The position numbers and the translations under genes were made by a program. 54,831 bases of DNA, from NCBI GenBank assembly GCA_964618175.1, contig CAZTZX010000004.1, positions 1 to 54,831 on the forward strand, written 5' to 3'. This stretch comes from an uncultured Syntrophomonas sp. GTDB lineage: Bacteria; Bacillota; Syntrophomonadia; Syntrophomonadales; Syntrophomonadaceae. The notes below the pieces were generated by a model that saw only the letters and a list, made by a program, of their open reading frames with translations, was not told the origin of the DNA and searched no databases. Positions 23,780-33,408 of this stretch are shown here, one piece after another. The first letter of the stretch is position 1. The number at the start of each line of letters is the position of its first letter.

Positions 23780-26542
23780 TTAATTCAATGCTGCTTCCTC
23801 TAGTTGACTGATTATTTCTTCGAGCTTATCAATATTGGCTCCATAACCAGCCCAGTCGCCTTCCCGCAGGCGTTCTTCGGCTCGATCATAATAATCGCGC
23901 GCTAAACCAGCTAGTTCGGATATGCTCGAATCGGTACTCGGTTCACCTACCGACTCTTGTCCGGTATTAGGCTCATTTTGGATTTGCTGGTCACCAAATA
24001 GCTTCAACAAGGCCTGATCCAGCGAAGGCTCCATGACGATCTTATTTCCGAACGCTGCTATTACCCGTTTTAATTCCGGTATGCGCCCGTTTTCAGCCTG
24101 CAGATATAAGGGCTCCACATAAAGAGTTGAATTAGCCATCGGTATTACCAGTAGATTACCCCGATGGATTCGCGACCCCCTCTGACTCCACAAGGTAAGC
24201 TGTTGCGCTATTTCAGTATTCTGATTTATACGAGCTTCAATCTGTTCTGGTCCATATACGGTCTCCTGTTTGGGAAAGTTGTAAACCAGCATATTCCCAT
24301 AGTGATCGCCATCCATGCGCGCTGCCATCCAGGCTATCATGTTGGGACGGCTTTTGGGGGCATAAGGGAGCATCAGCACATATTCAGCTCCGGTTTCGCC
24401 CGGTAGCTGCAAAATCAGGTAATAGGGCTCCATCTGCTGAGGCTCTTCTCCTATGATTTCGTTGGGTATGATCCATAAGTCTTCTTTGTTGTAAAATACG
24501 TTAGTATCGGTCATATGGAAAGTGCGATACATATTGGCCTGAATCTGGAACATGTCGACCGGGTAACGGATGTGTTCTCTAAGGCTATCCGGCATTGATT
24601 CCAACGGTAAATACATGCCCGGGAATATTTTTTCATAAGTCTTAATAATCGGATCATTATCGTAGGCTACATAGAATTTCATATCTCCGTTGTAAGCGTT
24701 AATGGTAACTTTTACTGAGTTGCGTACATAGTTGTTACCCCGACTATCAAAGGGCTCAGAATAAGGATATTTATCAGTATAAGTATAAGCATCCAACATC
24801 CAGTACAGATGCCCCTCATCATTGATTACTATATACGGATCCTGATCATACCGCAGGTAAGGGGCTATTTTTTCAACCCGCTGCATTATATTTCTGTTCA
24901 TCAATATCTGGCTGTTACTATGAATGTCATTAGATAGTATCATTTTGTAATCTTTTAATACCCAGGCTAATATCAAACGCTTGCCGATGGAACCTACCGT
25001 GATCCCGCCTTCACCTTCATAGGTCGAAAAAACGTTTTCATCACCCATGGGATAATCAAATTCTTTTTGATGAGTATTTACCATGACGTAGGAATTAGTG
25101 CGCTCACCAAAGTATATTTCGGGACGGTTTACCTCAAGATCAGTACTAAACTGAGGTGGAATATCCTTTATGATAAACTGTGGGAATCCTTCCTCCTCCA
25201 CTTCAGTGACCGGACTGACTACTACACCATAACCATGAGTATACATTAAGCGCTGGTTGATCCAGGTCTGCGCTTCAGCGCTAAGCTCACTTTGATCTAT
25301 TTCCCGAGCCGCCAACATAACCTGCCTATAACGCCCGTCAACGGTATAGCGATCAATATCTACATCGTCAAACACATAGTAAGGGCGCAACTGCTGTAGA
25401 TTTTGATAGGTAGTTTTTAACGGCAGCCAATCCCACAGGCGGATATTATTAATGGTGCTTTCGTGTTCAGGATCGTTAATATTCAGATTATAGTCAACCT
25501 TGAACTCTCGGTTTTCTGCTCTATCCAGCGCATAGGCCTGTCGGGTAAATTCAATGGAGCTTTGCAGGTAGGGTTTTTCCTTATTAAATTCATTGGGCTG
25601 TACTACTAAACTCTGCATCAAGGCCGGATAAATGCTTCCCATTACAATGGCTATTCCCAGCCAGCCGCCCACTCCTATAAGGATCCAATTAAGCTTGCGC
25701 ACGAATATATTGGCCAGAATTATTATGGCTACTATTACTGATACAATCATCAAAACTTTTAGAGCCAGTAAACGGGCATGAACATCAGTATAGGTCGCCC
25801 CAAAGATTAGATCATTTTGCGAAAACAGAAGCTCATAGGTGTTCAGCTTATATCCCCAGGATTTGAGAGCAAAAATCAGAGCCAGAATAACGGCTAAATG
25901 CCCTTTGGCAAAAGTGAACTCTCGCCAATTACCCAGTAGGGCAGCTGAACTGGCATTCAGTATATAAACAACGATCAGAGTAACAAAGAGAAGAATTAAG
26001 GAGGACATTAAGATACTGTAGATAAACTGGTAAAAATTAAGGTTGAAAAAGTAGAAGCCCAGGTCTTTGCTGAAAATTGGATCAGTGGTGCCAACCGCCA
26101 CTCGATTGAAATATTGCTGAACTACGATCCAGTTATCTGCTGCTACTGAACTGACCAAAAAAGCTCCTAGCAAACTAACTCCTACAAATAACCAGGTAGC
26201 TGACTTGCTCCGCAGGAATTCTTTCCAGGCGTTTTGATTCGGATTAAGATATATGACATCCTGTTCAGGATCATGCTGATAAGGGGTATCTTCCTGGTCG
26301 GCCAAATTACGACGAGCAATAAAAAGATTGATGGCGAATAGCATAAACACCAGTAAAAATATAAGACAGTAAAGTCCCACTTTATTAAACAGAAAAGTAG
26401 TAAATACTTCCTTAAAATCTACGGAAGCAAACCACAGCCAATCTACATACATATTGGACAAGAATGACAACAACCATAATGCCAAGAACAGTAAAACCAG
26501 TTTAACCGTACTGCTCATCGAACCAGTTTGCCGATTATCCAT
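23780..26542 (-). CDS. UPF0182-family large membrane protein
   Basis: About 7 N-terminal transmembrane helices followed by a large soluble region of roughly 600 aa. Size and layout are typical of UPF0182. The ATG at 26542 follows GAGGAGGG and overlaps the upstream gene by 8 nt. Confidence 0.75.
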   Translation of the reverse strand: MDNRQTGSMSSTVKLVLLFLALWLLSFLSNMYVDWLWFASVDFKEVFTTFLFNKVGLYCLIFLLVFMLFAINLFIARRNLADQEDTPYQHDPEQDVIYLNPNQNAWKEFLRSKSATWLFVGVSLLGAFLVSSVAADNWIVVQQYFNRVAVGTTDPIFSKDLGFYFFNLNFYQFIYSILMSSLILLFVTLIVVYILNASSAALLGNWREFTFAKGHLAVILALIFALKSWGYKLNTYELLFSQNDLIFGATYTDVHARLLALKVLMIVSVIVAIIILANIFVRKLNWILIGVGGWLGIAIVMGSIYPALMQSLVVQPNEFNKEKPYLQSSIEFTRQAYALDRAENREFKVDYNLNINDPEHESTINNIRLWDWLPLKTTYQNLQQLRPYYVFDDVDIDRYTVDGRYRQVMLAAREIDQSELSAEAQTWINQRLMYTHGYGVVVSPVTEVEEEGFPQFIIKDIPPQFSTDLEVNRPEIYFGERTNSYVMVNTHQKEFDYPMGDENVFSTYEGEGGITVGSIGKRLILAWVLKDYKMILSNDIHSNSQILMNRNIMQRVEKIAPYLRYDQDPYIVINDEGHLYWMLDAYTYTDKYPYSEPFDSRGNNYVRNSVKVTINAYNGDMKFYVAYDNDPIIKTYEKIFPGMYLPLESMPDSLREHIRYPVDMFQIQANMYRTFHMTDTNVFYNKEDLWIIPNEIIGEEPQQMEPYYLILQLPGETGAEYVLMLPYAPKSRPNMIAWMAARMDGDHYGNMLVYNFPKQETVYGPEQIEARINQNTEIAQQLTLWSQRGSRIHRGNLLVIPMANSTLYVEPLYLQAENGRIPELKRVIAAFGNKIVMEPSLDQALLKLFGDQQIQNEPNTGQESVGEPSTDSSISELAGLARDYYDRAEERLREGDWAGYGANIDKLEEIISQLEEAALN

Positions 26543-27389
26543 CAAAACCCTCCTCATACACTTCTTTCAGTAACGTCTCTTTACGTAAATCCCGGCATCC
26601 ACAGTCAGTTTCCAAAGGCAGGTCTCTGATAACTGCCCAAAGCAATCGTCCTACCTCCTGACTCTGATTGTGGAAAATGTCGGCTAATTCCTGGTGGGTC
26701 CAGGGGGTCACTATACCTTCGGCATAATTGACCACCATATATAACCCTGCATAACAAGCCCCGATCTCTCGGGCCAAATATACCTCTGGGCACAGGCTTT
26801 GACCGATGACATCACCTGCACCAATTCTATATAGGCTCACTTCCGCCGGGCTTTCAAAATGCCGGCCATCAGTGTTGACATAGATTCCTCGATTAAAAAT
26901 ACGTCCTGCCTTCCACATTTCTTGAGCCTTATCACTTAATAATGTGCGAAGCTGCGGACAAAGGGCTTCACGCATCACCAGCAAATACCGATCATCCAAG
27001 TTAACGTCCTTCCGCATGGAAACATCAATATAATCATGAGGAATCACTATATCACGGGGATCCAACATATGGTTGACCGCCCCCACGCCGCCTTCGGCCA
27101 GAATCCTTTTTACGCCGGCCTGGCCTAGTACCCAAAATACCTGCCGAGAGGCATCAACACGGGAGACGCCCCGGCGCCAACCATGCATGCGACAGGTGAG
27201 CAGCTTTCTGATCCCTTGGTCCCCTGCTATCTCCACCAGCTTAAAAGCTGGGCTATCACCAAAAGGAGTGGTAAACACCATATCTCGTTCCACAACATTA
27301 ACATAATCAAGGCTCAGATCTTCCGGAACTTGAATACTCAGTGTACTCGATCCTCCGATCAATGCCAAGGTAGCCTGAGGAATTATCAT
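26535..27389 (-). CDS. MTAP-family purine-nucleoside-phosphorylase-like protein (candidate futalosine/aminofutalosine cleaving enzyme)
   Basis: By eye it is collinear with MTAP: [59 protein letters not shown]. Its start overlaps the mqnC stop by 4 nt. Confidence 0.7.
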   Translation of the reverse strand: MIIPQATLALIGGSSTLSIQVPEDLSLDYVNVVERDMVFTTPFGDSPAFKLVEIAGDQGIRKLLTCRMHGWRRGVSRVDASRQVFWVLGQAGVKRILAEGGVGAVNHMLDPRDIVIPHDYIDVSMRKDVNLDDRYLLVMREALCPQLRTLLSDKAQEMWKAGRIFNRGIYVNTDGRHFESPAEVSLYRIGAGDVIGQSLCPEVYLAREIGACYAGLYMVVNYAEGIVTPWTHQELADIFHNQSQEVGRLLWAVIRDLPLETDCGCRDLRKETLLKEVYEEGFDG

Positions 27390-28468
27390 GCTGATCCTCC
27401 TGCAAAAGTTTTGATAATGCGGTATTCTGTATCACGCAAGGCGGGAACTCGCCCAGCTGAACGTATCATCTGGATCATTTCCTCTATTTTCATAGGAAAG
27501 TTTAATCCTGCTGCCCGCACCACATTTTCCTCAATCATGATACTGCCTAAATCATCTGCTCCGAAGAATTGCGACAGCTGTCCTATCTGTTTACCCTGGG
27601 TGACCCATGATCCCTGAATATGGTCGAAGTTGTCCAAGTATAAGCGGCACAGAGCCAGAAAACGAAGATATTCCAAGGACGACATTTTGTCTCCCATTAA
27701 TTCGTTATTGCCAGGTTGGTAAGTCCATACGATAAAGGCTCGAAAACCACCAGTCTCATCCTGCAAATCACGAATGCTATTCAAGTGATACAAACGATGA
27801 TCCAAGTTTTCTATAGTGCCCATCATCATGGTAGCGGTACTTCTTATTTCTTCTAAATGGGCCGCCCGCATAACATCCAGCCATTCACTGCTCTTTATCT
27901 TATGGGGACTTATTTTACTGCGTACCTCATCATGCAGGATTTCCGCACCACCACCGGGTAAAGAGTCCAGTCCGGCCTGACGCAAACGCCCTAGTGTATC
28001 CCGCAATGTCAAGCCTTCGTTACGAGCTATGAAAGCCACTTCGGGTGCAGTGAGGGAGTGGATGGTAATATTGTAGCGAGCCTTTATACCCTTGAACATA
28101 TTTTCAAAAAAAGCCAAGCCTAATTCCTTGTTCAAACCACCTTGAATCATCAATTGAGTAGCACCCAGGCCCATAGCCTCTTCGATTTTTTCGTATAGTA
28201 ACGACTCGTCTATTATATAAGCGTCTGTATCACTTTTGTCCCGGTAAAAGGCACAAAAGCTGCATTTGCACGAGCAAATATTGGTATAGTTTATATTGCG
28301 ATCTATAACAAAGGTAGTCATCCCTTCCGGAAAACGGCGATCGCGTACCTTGTTAGCCGCTCGGGCTAGATCATAAACATCAGCTTTATCGAATAATAAA
28401 CGGAATTCATCCGCATTCATCCGTTTGCCGGCTGTTATTTCTTCTAAAATATTATGCACGGTATTCAA
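27386..28468 (-). CDS. mqnC: Cyclic dehypoxanthinyl futalosine synthase (radical SAM)
   Basis: INYTNICSCKCSFCAFYR, MIQGGLN, LPGGGAEILHDEVR, LQDETGGFRAFIVWTYQP, IQGSWVTQG and GADDLGSIMIEENV. Confidence 0.8.
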   Translation of the reverse strand: MNTVHNILEEITAGKRMNADEFRLLFDKADVYDLARAANKVRDRRFPEGMTTFVIDRNINYTNICSCKCSFCAFYRDKSDTDAYIIDESLLYEKIEEAMGLGATQLMIQGGLNKELGLAFFENMFKGIKARYNITIHSLTAPEVAFIARNEGLTLRDTLGRLRQAGLDSLPGGGAEILHDEVRSKISPHKIKSSEWLDVMRAAHLEEIRSTATMMMGTIENLDHRLYHLNSIRDLQDETGGFRAFIVWTYQPGNNELMGDKMSSLEYLRFLALCRLYLDNFDHIQGSWVTQGKQIGQLSQFFGADDLGSIMIEENVVRAAGLNFPMKIEEMIQMIRSAGRVPALRDTEYRIIKTFAGGSA

Positions 28469-28483
28469 TAGTAAACCTTCCCA

Positions 28484-29311
28484 TTAGAGACTTAAAACAT
28501 TCAAAGGCGCAGCTTGTTCTATCAAGCCCATATTGTTAGCTAGCCGATAATACTCCATCAGGCCTTCCTGCTTGGACTGATCAAAATCAAAGCGCAGGGT
28601 AGTAAAATATTCCACCAGATACTCAGGTGGGAAATCCTCCCACTGACAGGCTTTGCGAGCTACATCACCTATGTTTTGCAGACTATAGGCCATGGAATCG
28701 CAGAAAGCGTCTTTTATCAGTTTTACTTGTTCCAGGTGGTTCTCAGCGAACTCGCGTCGTATAGCCCACACTGCGAATACCATAGGTAAACCCGTTAAGT
28801 CCTTCCATTCCCGGCCCAGATCATAGACATAGAGGCTGTCGGAGGTTTTATATTTGGCTCTGAGGGCATCATCACCGATCAGCAAAGCTGCATCAGCTTC
28901 CATCAACATGGCTCTTAATTCCGGTATGGAGTCAAAGTATTCAGGGACGGCTTCATACTTACGAGCCATGATTATGCGCAGCAGGTTCTGAGAAGTTGCT
29001 GAGGTATTGGTCATGGCGATCCTTTTATGGTGTAAATCCTCAATGGGAACCTTGGAAAATAGATAGATGCTCTTAACTTCACCGTCGCAACTTATAGATA
29101 TATCAGGCATGATGACATAATCACGATAGTTTTTGGCGTATTTAACAGATGGAATCGGAGCCATATCCAACAAGTTGGCTTCCAACATGCGATTGAGGTC
29201 TTTGGGATTACCCTTTATCAAGTCTATTTCCAGCAAGAATTTCTTTTCTATTAAGCCATAGAATAGAGGAAAACAATTAATAAACTGTATATGTCCAACT
29301 CTTGGTCTCAT
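28484..29311 (-). CDS. mqnA: Chorismate dehydratase (futalosine pathway)
   Basis: N-terminus MRPRVGHIQFINCFPLFYGL, periplasmic-binding-protein-like fold length (275 aa), and a position between mqnE and mqnC. Confidence 0.85.
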   Translation of the reverse strand: MRPRVGHIQFINCFPLFYGLIEKKFLLEIDLIKGNPKDLNRMLEANLLDMAPIPSVKYAKNYRDYVIMPDISISCDGEVKSIYLFSKVPIEDLHHKRIAMTNTSATSQNLLRIIMARKYEAVPEYFDSIPELRAMLMEADAALLIGDDALRAKYKTSDSLYVYDLGREWKDLTGLPMVFAVWAIRREFAENHLEQVKLIKDAFCDSMAYSLQNIGDVARKACQWEDFPPEYLVEYFTTLRFDFDQSKQEGLMEYYRLANNMGLIEQAAPLNVLSL

Positions 29312-29325
29312 AGTAATGCCTCCGT

Positions 29326-30408
29326 TTAATAGGTGTGTAGAATGTTGTAAACTGTATCCCGCTCCGTAGGTATGTAGCCAGTCTCTTGGATCAGCTTTAT
29401 CATCTGCTGTTTGCCTATTCCTGTACTGGTTTGGGCCCCGGCGGCGTGCATGATGCGTTCTTCGACAATAGTACCATCCATATCATCAGCGCCAAAATGC
29501 AAGGCAACCTGAGCTATAGAAATACCCTGCATTATCCAGAAGGCCTTAATGTGATCAATATTATCCAGCATCAATCTGGAGATAGCAATGGTTTTGAGAT
29601 CATCTACTGCTCCCGTGCGGGTTATATGCGACAATTTGGTATTGTCAGGCAAGAATGGCAGAGGAATGAAAGACTGAAAACCCGGGGCTTCATCCTGCAG
29701 TTCCCGCAACTTTATCATATGATCAATGCGGTCTTCGATTGTCTCAACATGGCCATATAACATAGTACAGTTGGTGAGAATGCCGAGTTGATGTGCAATT
29801 CTATGTACCTCTAACCACTCATCACTATTAGCCTTTTTGGGGCACAAGTCACGGCGGATCTCATCGTTGAGGATCTCTGCCCCGCCGCCTGGCATAGATC
29901 CCATTCCTGCAGCCTGCAACTCTCTTAACACTTGTTCTACGGATAGGCCGCTGATTTGAGCAAAGTAAACAATTTCTACTGCTGTAAACGCTTGAATGTG
30001 AATATCCGGGTAGGCTTTATGAAAACGTTCTACAATGCCCAGGTAATGTTCAAAAGGCATTTTGGGGTGGAGAGCACTGACGATATGGAACTCAGTTATG
30101 CCGCCTTCAACCTCCCTGCTGCCATAATCAAAAGCCTCCTGGGCCGTCATGAAGTAGGGGCCGCCCTGCCCGTCCTCATCAACTCCAAATGCACAGAACT
30201 TACAGCGCGACACACAGATGTTAGTCAGGTTGATGTGACAGTTGACATTAAAAAAAACATGCTGGCCCGTTTTGCTGATTTTAACTTCCCGAGCCAACTG
30301 CCCTATATCTAATAGTTCGGCTTCCTTATATAAGAACAATCCATCCCTTTTGTCCAACCGTACCCCGTTACTTATTTTGTCAGCAATTGCTTGCATATGT
30401 TTGTTCAT
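29326..30408 (-). CDS. mqnE: Aminodeoxyfutalosine synthase (radical SAM)
   Basis: INLTNICVSRCKFCAF, MPGGGAEILNDEIR, NCTMLYGHVET, LQDEAPGFQSFIPLPF and GADDMDGTIVEE. Confidence 0.8.
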   Translation of the reverse strand: MNKHMQAIADKISNGVRLDKRDGLFLYKEAELLDIGQLAREVKISKTGQHVFFNVNCHINLTNICVSRCKFCAFGVDEDGQGGPYFMTAQEAFDYGSREVEGGITEFHIVSALHPKMPFEHYLGIVERFHKAYPDIHIQAFTAVEIVYFAQISGLSVEQVLRELQAAGMGSMPGGGAEILNDEIRRDLCPKKANSDEWLEVHRIAHQLGILTNCTMLYGHVETIEDRIDHMIKLRELQDEAPGFQSFIPLPFLPDNTKLSHITRTGAVDDLKTIAISRLMLDNIDHIKAFWIMQGISIAQVALHFGADDMDGTIVEERIMHAAGAQTSTGIGKQQMIKLIQETGYIPTERDTVYNILHTY

Positions 30409-30555
30409 GTAATGTCTCCCCTATTAACACTTAGCAGTATTATACCAGATTTACAAAAGGGGTCCGGGTGGAAATACTCGCTTACTTGACAGTAACCAAG
30501 AATCACTCAGCTGTCATCATCCAGCAAGAGAACATTTCTATCCTGACCCCACCTG

Positions 30556-30870
30556 TTATTTGGATGCTTTCTTGATTTCCTCCATGTAACGATAATATTC
30601 TACCGGGTCAATTTCTTCGCTGAAAGCCAACGCCCATTCCAAGCGTCTTATTATCTCTTCTGTAGTACCTGTTCCCGTATAGATCAAAGGCTCGCACGAC
30701 AACTTTTCTAAAAAGAGAGCCAGCTCAACAGCTAGTTCTTCAATTTCTTGGAGCCCTTGTTTTAGGTTGTATAGATTCTGGAGGGCCAGTTCCTTTTGCA
30801 TATCACAGATTTTAGACTGGATATCCAAGATAGTATCATTTATAATGCCGGCCGGGAGAAAATTGGTCAT
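30556..30870 (-). CDS. Hypothetical small acidic helical protein
   Basis: ORF of 104 aa with SD GAGGAG upstream of the ATG. I recognise no family. Confidence 0.45.
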   Translation of the reverse strand: MTNFLPAGIINDTILDIQSKICDMQKELALQNLYNLKQGLQEIEELAVELALFLEKLSCEPLIYTGTGTTEEIIRRLEWALAFSEEIDPVEYYRYMEEIKKASK

Positions 30871-30937
30871 GGTTGTTTACTCCTCAGTAAACTCTTATTT
30901 TTAGTTTCGTTGACAGCCCCTAAAAACCTTTTTTTTA

Positions 30938-31867
30938 TTAGCCCTGTTCAGCCAACTTCACAATCCGATCCACTAGTTCGGTAAAGCTTATGCCTGCCGC
31001 CCGAGCAGCATCTGGAACCAGGCTCATTTCGGTCATACCGGGGATGGTGTTTACCTCCAGCACAAAAGGATTGCCTGACTCATCGATGCGGAAATCCACC
31101 CGGGCAAAACCGCGGCATCCCAATAGCTGATAGGTTTGCACAGCGATCTGCTCGATCTTTTGCTTAATATCCTGGCTAATTCGTGCTGGAATAATGTGCT
31201 CACATTTACCCTGAGTGTATTTGGAATCGTAATCATAAAATTCATTGACCGATGTAATTTCAATAATAGGCAAGACTTCAATATCACTATTCCCTAAGAT
31301 GGCCACCGTCACTTCCGACCCGGCAATAAACTGCTCTACCAATACTTCTCGGTCATAGAGGAAGGACTGCTCCAGAGCGGCGTCGATTTGAGATCGATCT
31401 TTGACTATCAGGGTTCCAATGCTGGAGCCCTGAGTAGGTGGCTTTACTACCAGTGGCATCCCCAGTTTATCAGCCAAATAAGATCCATTTCTACCTGCAT
31501 CTTGCTTGTAAGCACTCTGGTTGATGATTTCGTAAGGTGCGGTAGGGATTCCTTCCCCGGTCAGATACTTTTTAGTCAACACTTTATCAATACAGATTGC
31601 ACTGGTGGCCAGACCGGATCCGGTATAAGGTATTTCTAATAAATCCAACAGTCCCTGAACAGTACCATCTTCACCGGGTTTACCGTGCAGAGCAATAAAT
31701 ATAACATCTGGAGCATAGGCCTTAATGGCATTAATAGCATCACTGTTAAAATCAAGGCCTTCGGCCTGATGACCTTGGTTCAGCAGAGCCTTTACGACCG
31801 CTGCGCCGCTTCTTAAGGATATTTCCCTTTCCGCGGATGTGCCACCCATTAGTACTAATACTCTCAT
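30938..31867 (-). CDS. ddl: D-alanine--D-alanine ligase
   Basis: MRVLVLMGGTSAEREISLRSG, ALHGKPGEDGTVQGLLD and RVDFRIDESGNPFVLEVNTIPGMT. Confidence 0.9.
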   Translation of the reverse strand: MRVLVLMGGTSAEREISLRSGAAVVKALLNQGHQAEGLDFNSDAINAIKAYAPDVIFIALHGKPGEDGTVQGLLDLLEIPYTGSGLATSAICIDKVLTKKYLTGEGIPTAPYEIINQSAYKQDAGRNGSYLADKLGMPLVVKPPTQGSSIGTLIVKDRSQIDAALEQSFLYDREVLVEQFIAGSEVTVAILGNSDIEVLPIIEITSVNEFYDYDSKYTQGKCEHIIPARISQDIKQKIEQIAVQTYQLLGCRGFARVDFRIDESGNPFVLEVNTIPGMTEMSLVPDAARAAGISFTELVDRIVKLAEQG

Positions 31868-32037
31868 TATGACCCTCCATTTATCTGGTAATCGTGTCTT
31901 AAAACTCCGGGTTGAGGATTGATTTTGATCACTGATTAGTGCTAACTGCTTTCATACTCAATCACTACTCTACAATAATCTTTATTACCATATCCATAGG
32001 AAATTCAATTATTGATAAAAAATAATTAATATTGCAC

Positions 32038-32066
32038 TTTACAGAACACCTGTTCCCTTTTATAAT
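32038..32066 (+). promoter_or_regulatory. Sigma-A-type promoter (TTTACA, 17-nt spacer, TATAAT) with embedded LexA boxes
   Basis: -35 TTTACA at 32038-32043 and -10 TATAAT at 32061-32066, with an exact 17-nt spacer. Confidence 0.55.
32043..32056 (+). promoter_or_regulatory. LexA (Cheo/SOS) box 1
   Basis: AGAACACCTGTTCC is a GAAC-N4-GTTC palindrome lying in the promoter spacer. Confidence 0.5.
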
Positions 32067-32073
32067 AATATTT

Positions 32074-32087
32074 AGAACATACGTTCC
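32074..32087 (+). promoter_or_regulatory. LexA (Cheo/SOS) box 2
   Basis: AGAACATACGTTCC matches the Gram-positive consensus CGAACRNRYGTTYC at all positions except the first. It lies just downstream of the -10 element. Confidence 0.6.
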
Positions 32088-32103
32088 GTGAGGTGATAAT
32101 GTC

Positions 32104-32211
32104 ATGTTTGTAGGTTTCAGTAAGAGAGAATTTATTCAATCTTTTTTAGCTGCAGTGAGCATGGTGGGAACTGTTTACTTCATTAGTGTTGGCTTTTTGT
32201 TGCTTTTTTAG
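32104..32211 (+). CDS. 35-aa hydrophobic small protein under the LexA-box promoter (not on the ORF track)
   Basis: SD GAGGTGA lies 7 nt before the ATG. Translation: MFVGFSKREFIQSFLAAVSMVGTVYFISVGFLLLF, with one predicted C-terminal membrane helix. Confidence 0.45.
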   Translation: MFVGFSKREFIQSFLAAVSMVGTVYFISVGFLLLF

Positions 32212-32296
32212 TAGCTAAGAATACGGCCCCGATTACTTATCATTTACTTCACTTGCCATCAGCCACAATTCAAGCCATACAATTCGCGAAGCACTC

Positions 32297-32325
32297 TTGA
32301 AGCTTCCCCAAATGTATGGTAGAAT
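32297..32325 (+). promoter_or_regulatory. Putative promoter of tRNA-Trp
   Basis: TTGAAG, 17-nt spacer, TAGAAT. The -10 element ends 21 nt before the tRNA 5' end. Confidence 0.4.
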
Positions 32326-32346
32326 AAATTTCGCTGAGTACAGTAC

Positions 32347-32422
32347 AGGGGAGTAGCTCAATTGGCAGAGCACCGGTCTCCAAAACCGGGGGTCGCAGGT
32401 TCGAGACCTGTCTCCCCTGCCA
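32347..32422 (+). tRNA. trnW: tRNA-Trp (anticodon CCA), with encoded 3' CCA
   Basis: A full cloverleaf can be folded by hand:
- acceptor AGGGGAG / CTCCCCT;
- D stem GCTC / GAGC;
- anticodon stem CCGGT / ACCGG with loop CTCCAAA;
- T stem GCAGG / CCTGT with loop TTCGAGA;
- discriminator G followed by CCA. Confidence 0.92.
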
Positions 32423-32434
32423 TATGAATTTTAG

Positions 32435-32466
32435 AGGCCTTGCGTTTCGCAAGGCCTTTTACTTTT
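32435..32466 (+). terminator. Rho-independent terminator after tRNA-Trp
   Basis: AGGCCTTGCG / CGCAAGGCCT stem followed by TTTTACTTTT. Confidence 0.75.
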
Positions 32467-32497
32467 CTGCGAAATCATCTATAGGTGCGCCTGGCCA

Positions 32498-33325
32498 TCA
32501 CGACCTGGATTTATTGTAAATCTTCAGGGTTTCGCCACTGTCGTAGACCAAATCAATTAGATGCACACAACCACTTTGGGCCCCCAATCGGTGGGCCAGT
32601 TCTTTTTTACTCAGCTGTAGTATATTAATTCCAGCTAAGTACTGTAGATAAGCGTTAGACTCCCGACAAACCTGATCTGGTGCTTTGAGCAATTGTCCCT
32701 GGGCATCTATTACACATTGGTCGGGTCTTCTCAACCGCAAAAAAGTATTTACCTGATGGAAGGGGTCACTCAGTGAGCCGATCAGCCAATACTCCTCTTC
32801 AGTTGCCATCAATTGTTGGTTCTTAAAGCGGTTAAACAAGTATTCACTTCTTTCGGGCTGACCAATATAATTTGACCAGGAATTATTTATGCGCTCCAAG
32901 TTGCTGTAATAGCGACAGGTTCCTTTTAGATACTCATCGCCAGCCTGGGAATATTTTTCAGCACTGACAAAGCCGCGCTCGTTATAAATAAAGGTCTCGG
33001 ATTGAAATGCTCCAATAATACACTGATTAATCAATTCCGTATCCTGGGCCGAGAGAATAGGTTGCAAAATTCTCCTCACCTCAGGCCCACTACCTGTATA
33101 GGCTGATACTCCGTGGAGCCCGTCCAGGTATAGGGTACTCTCGGTGAAATGTTCAGGGTATCCCAGTTGCATTAATTTGGCTTCCTGGATAGAATAATCA
33201 CTTATGTTGACTATTAATTCGGTACTCTTTTCTTCAAAGGAGTCCAGGTAGTGACAGCTTGATATTAGCCTATCATTAACCCGTTCCACCTGCACATGCC
33301 ATGATCTTTGATAAAGAAATTCCAT
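32498..33325 (-). CDS. Hypothetical protein, possibly DUF2889 family
   Basis: ORF of 275 aa. A C-terminal GCVHLIDL-type motif and the overall length recall DUF2889, but the assignment is weak. Confidence 0.4.
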   Translation of the reverse strand: MEFLYQRSWHVQVERVNDRLISSCHYLDSFEEKSTELIVNISDYSIQEAKLMQLGYPEHFTESTLYLDGLHGVSAYTGSGPEVRRILQPILSAQDTELINQCIIGAFQSETFIYNERGFVSAEKYSQAGDEYLKGTCRYYSNLERINNSWSNYIGQPERSEYLFNRFKNQQLMATEEEYWLIGSLSDPFHQVNTFLRLRRPDQCVIDAQGQLLKAPDQVCRESNAYLQYLAGINILQLSKKELAHRLGAQSGCVHLIDLVYDSGETLKIYNKSRS

Positions 33326-33408
33326 CTTTACTCCTTAAATAATCTTTGCCTTTAATATTAACATTGGGTTAAATAAGAAGAAAGCATTATGAATTGAGAG
33401 GTGCTAGC

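Noticed and set aside
27183-27617. Long antisense ORFs inside well-supported genes (for example 27183..27617, 39452..39883, 8086..8472, 53674..54054, 37502..37882, 14682..15059, 49942..50316)
   Set aside because: Each lies fully inside, and antisense to, a gene with strong family motifs. They have no SD sequences and compositions typical of shadow frames.
32270-32452. 60-aa minus-strand ORF
   Set aside because: It lies exactly antisense to tRNA-Trp and its terminator, so it is an artefact of the tRNA sequence.
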